64,000 bases of DNA from Eledone cirrhosa (Eukaryota), in the NCBI GenBank assembly GCA_964016885.1, contig OZ024758.1, forward strand, positions 15,438,001 through 15,502,000, given 5' to 3'. The notes below the pieces were generated by a model, which was given only the letters and a program-made list of their open reading frames with translations, made no database searches and was not told the DNA's origin. This document shows, one piece after another, positions 25,399 through 64,000 of the stretch; position 1 is the stretch's first letter; each line of letters begins with the position of its first letter. The translations under genes and the position numbers were made by a program.

Positions 25399-26737
25399 TT
25401 ATACTCTGCTATGTATTGAGTACCTTACTTACAGTGGTTACCCCCGATTGAACCCGGGCAGGATAAACTTTATATACATGCACACTTGAGTGTATCATGA
25501 CTCGTGCACTGTTCATTTTCCTGATGTTTGTGCATTGCCCTATGTACTGTACATGCACTTTTTGATGAGTTGTGGTGCACCTGGGCACTGTACACAATAT
25601 TTCATTATTATTATTATTATTATTATTATATCATGACTCATACACTGTTCATTTTCCTGACATTTGTACATTATTCTATGTACTATACATGCACCTTTGA
25701 TGAGTTGTAGTGCACCTGAGCACTGTACACAATAATTTCATTATATATATATAACAATTAATTTATAAAAATAAAATTAGAATTTTATTTATATGCATAC
25801 TTACAATTAATTTACATATATATATAGTGAAAGACTGAAGAATAACATGGTCAACAGTACAAAAAGGGTTTATTTACAGTATTGAAGTTGTGTCACTCAA
25901 TTTTAAATACAATGTATGCTTAATCATGTGTCTAACACACGTGGACATGCCTACAAGATAAGAAAACAGCACAGCTCCCATGACTTTCGCAGACATTTTT
26001 TCACGCTCAGAGTTGCTGAAACATGGAACAAACTGCCTGCGTCAATTGTTAGCTGCCGAGACACTGCATCCTTTAAGACACTCATGCTTCCCGAAATACG
26101 CCAAAACTACACCTGATGTGCCCCTTCCATACACATGCACACATGTGTGCACTGTTCATTTTACTGATGTTTGTGCATTGCCCTATGTACTGTACATGCA
26201 CTTTTTTGATGGGTTGTGGTGCACCTGGGCACTGTGCACAATATTTCATTATTGTTATTGTTATTATATCATGACTCATACACTGTTTATTTTCCTGACA
26301 TTTGTACATTATTCTATGTACTATACATGCACCTTTGATGAGTTGTAGTGCACCTGAGCACTGTACACAATAATTTCATTATTATTATTATTATAATCAA
26401 ATCATCAGAAAAACAGTTTTTCCGATGATTTGATTAAGCATACATTGTATTTAAAATTGAGTGACACAACTTCAAGTGATTAGCAATTTTTAGACAACTT
26501 AATGAAACAATTGTTAATACTGTAAATAAAACCCTTTTTGTACTGTTGACCATGTTATTCTTCATTCTTTCACTATTATTACTCCAAGATTAACCTGCAT
26601 AGGAATTCCCGAAAACTCGCAAACTCACTACCTAAGGAAACCTCTTGTTGAGTCAAACAATGCCGTACGCTAAAACTACCCACAATAAGAAGTATTCACA
26701 ACCTCAAACTGGATTACCTATAACGATAATTTGTTAT

Positions 26738-26771
<34 letters not shown>

Positions 26772-27824
26772 ATGGGTACAAGCTGAAGCATATAGACAAT
26801 ATGCCCCCACTGCAAGGTGGTCGTGGAGGTGCCACGGCAAAAAAGCACCCAGCCCACACTGTAAAGTGGACGTGTAGGCGCCACGAAAAAGCACCCAGCA
26901 CTCACTGTAAATGAGGTTGGTGTTAGGAAGAGCATCCAGCTGTAGAAATCAAGCCAAATCAGTTCCTATATGAGCAAGGCATGGTCAGCCGACCAGACAC
27001 TGCCCACAACAGGACAACCCGTCTAACCCATGCTAGCATGGAAGAACGGACGTAAAACAGTGATGATGATGATGATGATATATATATAGAGAGAGAGAAA
27101 TTACCTCTACAGGACTAGAACTGTTTCATTCTTATGAAATCATTATGATGATTTCATACGAATGAAACAGTTCTAGTCTTGTAGAAGTCCTTTCTATATA
27201 TATAATAAATATGCCTAAACTCTACAAATGTTTTGAGTACCTTTTTTAACTGTGGTGAGTGGCTGAAAGGGTACAGACATATAATTCTTTTCCCCCTTTC
27301 CTGTATATCTTCGACCATTCTTGAAAAGTAAACATGCTTCACTGAGGAGATTTAATATGATCAAAACATGTTTGTTGTTTTCACCAAATTGGAATATAGC
27401 CAAAGTTCACTCCCACAGCATGTTTCCACTTGGTATATTTAGATAGAATGTGAAATGCTTCTGGTATTGTGTGAGTGTCTTTATATATATATATATATAT
27501 ATCATCATCATCATCACTGTTTAACATCTATTTTTCATGCTAGCATGGGTTAGAAATAGTTACAATAAGAAAAGACAATGAGCTTTCACCCTCCTCCTTT
27601 GCTAATTTGGTCGCCCAGGTAACAGAAACTATCTACTACTTCTACAAACCTTTTGGGCATTTGAAAGAGCTAGTATCCTGTGAGCTCTTGCTACTTACTG
27701 CATTTGTGCATTGGTTACATATAAAACTACATTCTAACCTTGCTGACTGTTCCTCTATTCATGGCTTGCACTGCTCTTACAAGCCACTTGTCTACTCCTA
27801 GTTTTCTAAGAGCCCACCAGATAA

Positions 27825-27977
27825 TGGAAGGGGGTCTCTGTCAAGAGCCTGCTGTAGGTCAACTAATGCCAAGTAGAGGGTTTACATTTAGCTAGGTACT
27901 TCTCCTGCAGTTGCTTCATGAGGAAGAGGACAACTGTGGTATCTTTACCTGGTAAAAATCCTATCTGCATCTCATTA
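27825..27977 (-). mobile_element. RTE-clade reverse transcriptase fragment
   Basis: EMQIGFLPGKDTTVVLFLMKQLQEKYLAKCKP..ALVDLQQALDR, frameshifted. Confidence 0.75.
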
Positions 27978-28009
27978 GGCTAATAATGTGGTTTTGAACA
28001 TAAATGTTC

Positions 28010-28580
28010 AACTGTGTTGCTGAATGGAGGCATGCGAAGTGGTGTTGGTCCACCAGCAGAAGGTAGACCTGCCCTTGATGTCATCCCAGTTATATTGGAC
28101 ATTTACATACTGGGGGACAGAGAGGCCTTCACTGATCCAGTCAGCTATAACCTGCTCCAGTACTTGGGTCACCTCAGGTTCTGTCATCTTGCTGAAGACC
28201 TTGCTGATGAGGAAATTCAGGAGAGATAGGCTAGCAGTGCCAGATCAGATGTGGATCGGAGACCAAGGCCACCGAACCTCACAGGGAGCTTCGCCTGTTG
28301 CCAGCCAGAGCTGTTGAAACTGACATTGCAGATGAGTTCCGCACAGCATCAAATGGTGGCATCAAGTTCTCCGAGGGGGTCATGGCACCCAGCACAGACT
28401 GAACATGAATTTAGGAAGGGCAAAGCAGTTCCTCAGGAGGAAGAATGGCAGGTGCATGTCAATGATGTGCAACCTCTCCGCCATCCTCTTCAGGTCTACA
28501 TGATTGATCTCCAGGCACTCTCATATGGCTTACAAGAGAATTTGAGAGCCGAGAATGTAGGAAGTATCTTTGGACGTTAG
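28010..28580 (-). mobile_element. CRE-clade non-LTR retrotransposon fragment (degenerate)
   Basis: Minus translation ILGSQI..LKRMAERLHIIDMHLPFFLLRNCFALPKFMF..ICNVSFNSSGWQQAKLPVRFGGLGLRSTSDLALLAYLS with in-frame stops. Confidence 0.75.
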
Positions 28581-29053
28581 CTGAGCCCCAGACTAGATAT
28601 TATATTTGGGCCTTTATATATTTGGCAATTCCTTATTTTTCTTTTTAGAATTTTTATTAGAATCAAACACACACACACGAGTGCAAATTTATTTAATCAA
28701 TTTAAACGTCCGTATAGAGCTAGTAAGCCATGACACACTAGGCAAAGTATCTAGTATTTCTTACAGTTAAGAAACAAGTGAATATAAAAATAAAAATTTA
28801 ATTACAAAAATAAAATTAAATTAAAAATGTAAATAGGCAAGGCCAACGGGAGGTAAAATAAGCATAAAGAAAAAATGGCAAGTACGGGAAGCTGTAAAGT
28901 AGCTAAGAGGTTCTGTTGTAGAATCTTTTCATAACCTCCATATACTCAAATATTTTGTTTACAGTTGATAGATTCTTTACAATATATTGTATCTCTAATC
29001 TTGGTACTTTTTTAATAATCAGCTTCAAGATGCTATATATTGGGATCAAGATG

Positions 29054-29161
<108 letters not shown>

Positions 29162-30094
29162 GACTGGCAGTTTTTATATTGGGACAAAAATTAGTGCCAA
29201 AGAATTTCTCTGGAAAGTCACCACGAAAACAAAGTTATACAGAGTTATTCCCCTTACACTATTTATTAGTTAAGAACTAACGTTAGGGTATTATCATATT
29301 CAGTGACCCAAGATGATTTTTACTGTATCTCAGACTGTTTGAATGTATGAGATAAATTTATATTCATCTTTATAACAGGGAGAAAAACCTAATATATACA
29401 TGTCTTCTAGTTTTTTTTTATAGAGCATTATAGTCTTATCTTTAACTGTTTTACGAATGAGGCAAAAACAACAAAGTAAATACTGTTAATATAATTCGAG
29501 ATAGATACTGTTAATAAGAGAATTCGAGTCAGTAGGATATAAAATTGTGTTCCATAATAGGTGTATATTTTTTTAATTTTATTTATTTTAACTTGGTAAT
29601 ATATAAAACATTTTATTAATAAAAATCGAAAAGATTATAAACAAATCTATTTCAAATAACAACAGCACAGATATTTAAAAACGGAAAGTGAAGAGGAAAG
29701 CAAGGACTCTGGGGGGTCACAGAAGAATGAGATGGGGGGTGGTGGTGATTGCTTCCTAGGCCTAGTGTGCGGCAGTGTTGGGGCTGTGCCCCACGGACAA
29801 TGGTTAGCGACACCCTCCTGGACTCCTTCCTTAGATGGGCTACTGACATTCTGATCTTGTGGAGGAACTTGGTAGCATGGGGTCCAAGTATGTCCAAAGC
29901 TATGTTTGTTACTCTTCTTACTATATTCTTTCGTGTATTGCACACATTCGTGTATAAAACGATTTTCGTGTATAAAACCCCATTTTGACCAGACAAATAC
30001 CTGAAAAAGCCTAATTTTTGTGTATAACATTTAGTTATGGGTGAATACTGCACATTCTTAAAACAAAAATGAAAAAATATGTACAGTCTACATG

Positions 30095-30700
30095 ATAATG
30101 ATAATGAAATTATTGTGTAAAGTGCTCAGGTGCACTACAACTCGTCAAAGGTGCATGTATAGTACATAGAATAATATACAAATGTCAGGGAAGTGAATAG
30201 TGTATGAGTCATGATATACATGTGTGTATGTGTACGGAGGGGGAACATTAGGTGTAGTGTTGGCGAATCTCGGGAAGCATGGAGGTTGTAAAGGATGCAG
30301 TGTCTCGACAGCTAACAACTGATGTAGGTAGTTTGTTCCATGCTTCAGCAACTCTGAGCGTGAAAATATGTTTCCGAAAGTCATGGGAACTGTGCTGTTT
30401 TCTGACTTTGTTGGCATGCCCACGTGTGTTAGACACATGGAAATCAAAAAGGTATTCAGGGTTGTTGTTGGCAAGAGGCTTAATAATTTTGTGGGTTTTT
30501 ACCAAGTCAGTTGCCAGGCGTCGGAGCTTCAATGTATCCGTGCCCAGGAAAGCAAGGTGTTCAGAGTATGGTAGATGCCTGATGGAGGGTATTCGCTTGG
30601 TTGCATGTCCCTGAACAGTTTCCAGGTGGTCAATGTTCTGAGCAAGATAGGGGTTCCAGACTGGTGATGCAAATTCTAAGTGTGGCCGCACCATAGCCAT
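30095..30700 (-). mobile_element. CR1-clade LINE, 5'-truncated 3' end
   Basis: MVRPHLEFASPVWNPYL..LETVQ..ATKRIP..TRGH..FTLRVAEAWNKLP plus 3' UTR with (ATT)n tail. Shorter copies near 24985-25255, 25925-26395, 31765-32052, 48120-48670, 57440-57805, 59245-59630. Confidence 0.9.
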
Positions 30701-33669
30701 GGAAGAATACAGTGGTTTACCAATTTAGAGAATAAGTTCCAGACCCTCCAAAACAAAGTTACTTGTGATGGGTTAGTTGTCTGACATTATTCAGAGTAAA
30801 ACTGGTTTTAACCCTTTAACATTTAAACCGGCAGTATCTGGCCAGAATTCTCTCATCTCTTTCGGTTCAAACCAGCTGTAACTGGCCACTCATACAGATG
30901 TTAGGGTATTATTCCTAAAATAAATAACTGTTTCTACTTTTGGTACAAGGCCAGCAATTATACCAGTGTATTACTGGTACTTTATTTTATCGACCCCATA
31001 AGGATGAAGGGCAAAGTTAACCTCGGCGGAATTTGAACTCAGACCATAAAGGGCCGTAACTCTTCGCTGCAAAACATGGCTTCCGAGCCTCTTCCGATAC
31101 TGCCAATCCACCGTTCCTAAAATAAATAATATCAAAATCTCATAGATTTGATATTATATGAAATAATTATCTGAGATAAAGCCTTTATCGTGAAAAAACA
31201 ATAGTAAATATAGAGTAATGTAAATGCTAAAGGGTTAAATAATCAGGTGACTCAGGCCAGTGCCAACAATCTGGAGAGTATGAAGGATATTGCCATCTTA
31301 ATTGATTAAGGGACTCTGCATTACACTGAACAATGTTGGAAAGAGAAGAAAGGAAATGAACTATCATTTTGGGGTCATATTTGCTGAAATTTTGGTATTG
31401 ATGGGTTTCTAGAAGTTTTGGAACCAACTGACCCCTCTTCTTCTTTCTGACCCCTTTTTTTAATATCAATTTATTTGTTGAATCAATAACATCTGTTGAA
31501 AAAAAACACAAAAACAAAACACAAATCAACAATTAGAGCCATAATATTTTATTTACACTTCACTGAAGGAAAACAACAGTATGTATAGTTTCAAACAGGT
31601 CAAACAAGCTAGCAAACCACTTTATGTTATTAAATAAACAATGTTTTTCTTGTTCTTTGTTCACAGTTGCACTTGTCTGACAACTGACTTGATCTGAGAC
31701 TATGTGTTGATATTAAAGTGATTACATCGTGGATGAGTCATGTTAGACACCTCTTCCTTTCTGATAATAATAATGAAAATATTGTGTACAGTGCTCAGGT
31801 GCACTACAACTCATCAAAAGTGTATGTATAGTACATAGGGTAATGTACAAACGTCAGGAAAAGGAACAGTGCATGAGTCATAATATACACATGTGTGCAT
31901 GTGTATGGAAGGGGGACATCAGGTGTAGTTTTGGTGAATTTTGGGAAGCATGAGGGTTTTAAAGGATGCAGTGTCTCGGCAGCTAACAACTGATGCAGGC
32001 AGTTTGTTCCATGCTTCAGCAACTCTAAGTGTGAAAAAATGTTTCCGAAAGTCCCCACTTATTCCTGAGAGGGTTGTGCAGGCAGAGTCCTCAAACACTC
32101 CTTCCAGTGGGTCCTGACAAAAGCAACCGTCTCCAGCTTATCTGGCTGGATCCCTAAGTGTGACCAGCCAAGCTCATGTTTGTTATCCAACCATCTTGCT
32201 CAGGGTCTACCTCTAGGTCTCCTACCAGTTGGTTTTTGCCCGTAAAATCTGTCCAGTGATTCTTTCCTGAGACATTCTAACCACATGTCCATAGTATTGA
32301 AACTGTGATCTCTCTATTCAGAGAAGTAGCAGCTCTACCTGGAGTGACTCTTTGATCTCCAAGCTACACACTTTATTGAGTAACGTTACTCCAAAGACCC
32401 TTTGGAGGAATCCCATTTCGGCTGCTTGTATTAGCGATCATATTTATGTTAGACACTAAAAACCCACAAAACCAATTATCATTTATTCACAGCAGTCAAC
32501 AGTTTTCGTTACCCTATTTGCGATGTGGCCGTGTAAATAACCAGGTCGCAGATAGTGCGACAAAAATTTCAATACTGAGACTGAGGTATAAGAGATAATT
32601 GCAGGGGCAGTGGCAGCATATCTGAATGAAGGGGGGGGGGGGGCAAATTTGGTCAATTTAAAATAATAATTGTTTCTACTTTAGGCACAAGGCCAACAAT
32701 TACCCAGTGCATTACGGGTACTTTATTTTATCGACCCTGTAAGGATGAAAGGCAAAGTCAACCTCAGCGGGATTTGAACTCAGATCGTAAAGGGACGTAA
32801 CTATGCTGGAAAGCATGGCGTCCGACCCTCTACCGATACTGCCAATCCACCAATGAAATTATTGTGTACAGTGCTTAGGTGCACTACAACTCATCAAAGG
32901 TGCATGTATAGTACATAGAATAATGTACAAATGTCAGGAAAGTAACCAGATTAATAACTGACTAAAAATAACTAAAAATTCGAAACTGCATATTTGGTGC
33001 AACAGGCAAACACTGGTTACTAATAATTACAGCATATTCTATTATTCTTTTTTTTAATCCTTTATAAATCCCTCTTCCGATGATGAAACTATTTAACATC
33101 TTTATTTTAGCTCTTATATCCTTCCATATTTATGAATCATGACCGTCAAATTGCAGGACCATTGTTCGTCAGGTGTGTCCCACATTTACCACCGCCAAAA
33201 ACTATTAACGTTCTCTTAAATTGTCATCGGCTGTTTCGCCTACGCACATAGACTTTTCTTTTTTAAATTCCCATTAACTTCATTATTAAAAATATACTTT
33301 TTTTTTTAACCATTTGGATAACTGCCGGCATTTGTTTATCCACCGTAAAAAAAATAGTTTCATAATAGAAGTAATTTATTTATTTACTAGATACAACTTA
33401 AGAGTGACAAACAACATTTTAATTATAATTGTTTCTACTTTAGGCACAAGGCCAGCAATTACCCAGTGCATTACTGGTACTTTATTTTATCGACCCCGTA
33501 AGGATGAAAGGCAAAGTCAACCTCGGCGGGATTTGAACTCAGATCGTAAAGGGACATAACTATGCTGGAAAGCATGGCGTCCGACCCTCTACCGATACTG
33601 CCAATCCACTGCCCTTAATTATAATATAGAGAGAGTATTACTACAGGAAAAGAAGCCAAACAAAAAAGG

Positions 33670-33975
33670 TGATTGTCCGGCCACCGTTGAGACCTCAGGC
33701 GTACTTGGACCCCGTACTGCCGAGCTCCTCCACAAGATCTAAATATCAGCAGTCCTCCTGAAGAAGGGACCCCGCGAGGTGGGGTGGCTGTTGCAGCGGG
33801 TGTCGCTGGCCATTGTCTGTGGAAATGCTTTTGCGGTCTTGTCCGCGGAAATGTAGCCCTAATACCGCCGCGCCCTAGGCCCATCGCCCTCCTCTTTCTT
33901 CCTCCCATTCTTCTGTGGCCCTACAGCCCTTGCTTTCCTCTTCCTTTTCCGTTTTTAAATACCTGTAGTGTTTTT
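33670..33975 (+). mobile_element. CRE-clade 3' end (restriction-like endonuclease C-terminus and UTR); second copy 29660-29905 on minus
   Basis: VETSGVLGPRTAELLHKI*..REVGWLLQRVSLAIVCGNAFAVL; shared UTR TGCTTTCCTCTTC..TTCCGTTTTTAAATA. Confidence 0.7.
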
Positions 33976-34304
33976 CTAATTATTTTATAGTAATTCATTC
34001 ATGTAATTACTCATTTATTCTTTTTGTGGATTTGCAGTATCGGTAGATACGTTCTGGGTTCAAATTACGTCGAAGTTAGCTTTGCCTTTCATCCTTACGG
34101 TGTCGATAAAATAAAGTACCAGTCACGCATTGGGGTCAATTTAATCGACTTACTGGCCTTGTTCCTAAATCAGAGATCATGTTGAAATCCCGCCGAGGTT
34201 AACTTTGCCTCACATCCTTACAGGGGCGATAAAATAAAGTACCAGTAATACACTGCTATTATTGCTGGCCTTGTGCCTAAAGTAGAAAAAATTATTTTAT
34301 TAAA

Positions 34305-34495
34305 GGCGGTGGATTGGCAGTATCGGTAGAGGGTCGGACGCCATGCTTTCCAGCATAGTTTACAGCCCTTTACAGTCTGAGTTCAAATCCCACCGAGGTT
34401 AACTTTGCCTTTCATCCTTACGGGGTCGATAAAATAAAGCACCAGTAATACACTGACATAATTGCTGGCCTTGTGCCAAAAGTAGAAACAATTAT
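34305..34495 (+). mobile_element. About 190-bp tRNA-derived SINE with Meta-like central domain (family representative)
   Basis: GGCGGTGGATTGGCAGTATCGG...GAGTTCAAATCCC...TTTGCCTTTCATCCTTACGGGGTCGATAAAATAAAG...AGTAGAAACAATTATT. Copies near 16900-17092, 18350-18537, 20193-20372, 30927-31113, 32667-32851, 33426-33615, 59777-59960, 60610-60803, 63287-63410; several have 13-18 bp TSDs. Confidence 0.75.
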
Positions 34496-34602
34496 TTTAT
34501 CAAAGAAATATTGCTACTATGAAATAAAAAATAAAAAAAACGACATTTACAACAGATAAATTCCTTTATCATTTAAAAATAAAACTCTCTCTGAAGACAG
34601 TT

Positions 34603-34665
34603 GTTTGGCTCCCGCCTACAAGAGAAAGCTGTTCTGATTGGTTACTTGTAAATAACACCGCCATA
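34603..34665 (+). promoter_or_regulatory. Putative KIF14 proximal promoter motif cluster
   Basis: TCCCGCC (E2F-like) 34610-34616, ATTGG (reverse CCAAT) 34637-34641, GTAAATA (forkhead-like) 34648-34654, CCGCCAT 34658-34664; about 155-210 bp upstream of the ATG. Confidence 0.4.
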
Positions 34666-34818
34666 TACAAAATTGACATTGCATAACGTTTATGTTGTCA
34701 TATTTCATTGATAGATCTTTGGTGTATTAAAACTGTCGAATGGAGGATTATGGTCAAGTGAAAATAGAGAAAAATAAACACTAGATACGTTATTGATATT
34801 CAATCGAGAGGAAATACA

Positions 34819-64000
<29,182 letters not shown>

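Noticed and set aside
33077-33092. CCGATGATGAAAC as a hammerhead core (similarly CTGATGA at 51910 and 57421)
   Set aside because: No supporting stems I-III could be formed.

Overview
AT-rich, microsatellite- and transposon-dense eukaryotic (animal) DNA; the repeat landscape suggests a coleoid cephalopod such as Octopus (inference only). Two intron-rich genes lie head-to-head. CDC73/parafibromin is on the minus strand (ATG at 24377, 9 coding exons traced to 1067, continuing past the left edge). KIF14, a kinesin-3 with motor and FHA domains, is on the plus strand (ATG at 34819, 26 coding exons, continuing past the right edge). Exons were traced by eye and splice phases are consistent throughout. 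KIF14 intron 9 reads as a minor-spliceosome (U12) intron with unusual AT-AA ends. Introns and the intergenic region hold tRNA-derived SINEs, TTAA piggyBac-type and other MITEs, CR1/RTE/CRE LINE fragments, a 28S rRNA fragment and several satellites grown inside transposons, including a 6.6 kb 48-bp array that produces the long spurious ORFs. The most notable signal is a set of mostly (TA)n-anchored fold-back elements carrying type I hammerhead ribozyme motifs, resembling Penelope-like element termini. In the palindromic copies a ribozyme is encoded on both strands and the antisense arm is always transcribed first. All alignments and folds were done manually; no database search was run.
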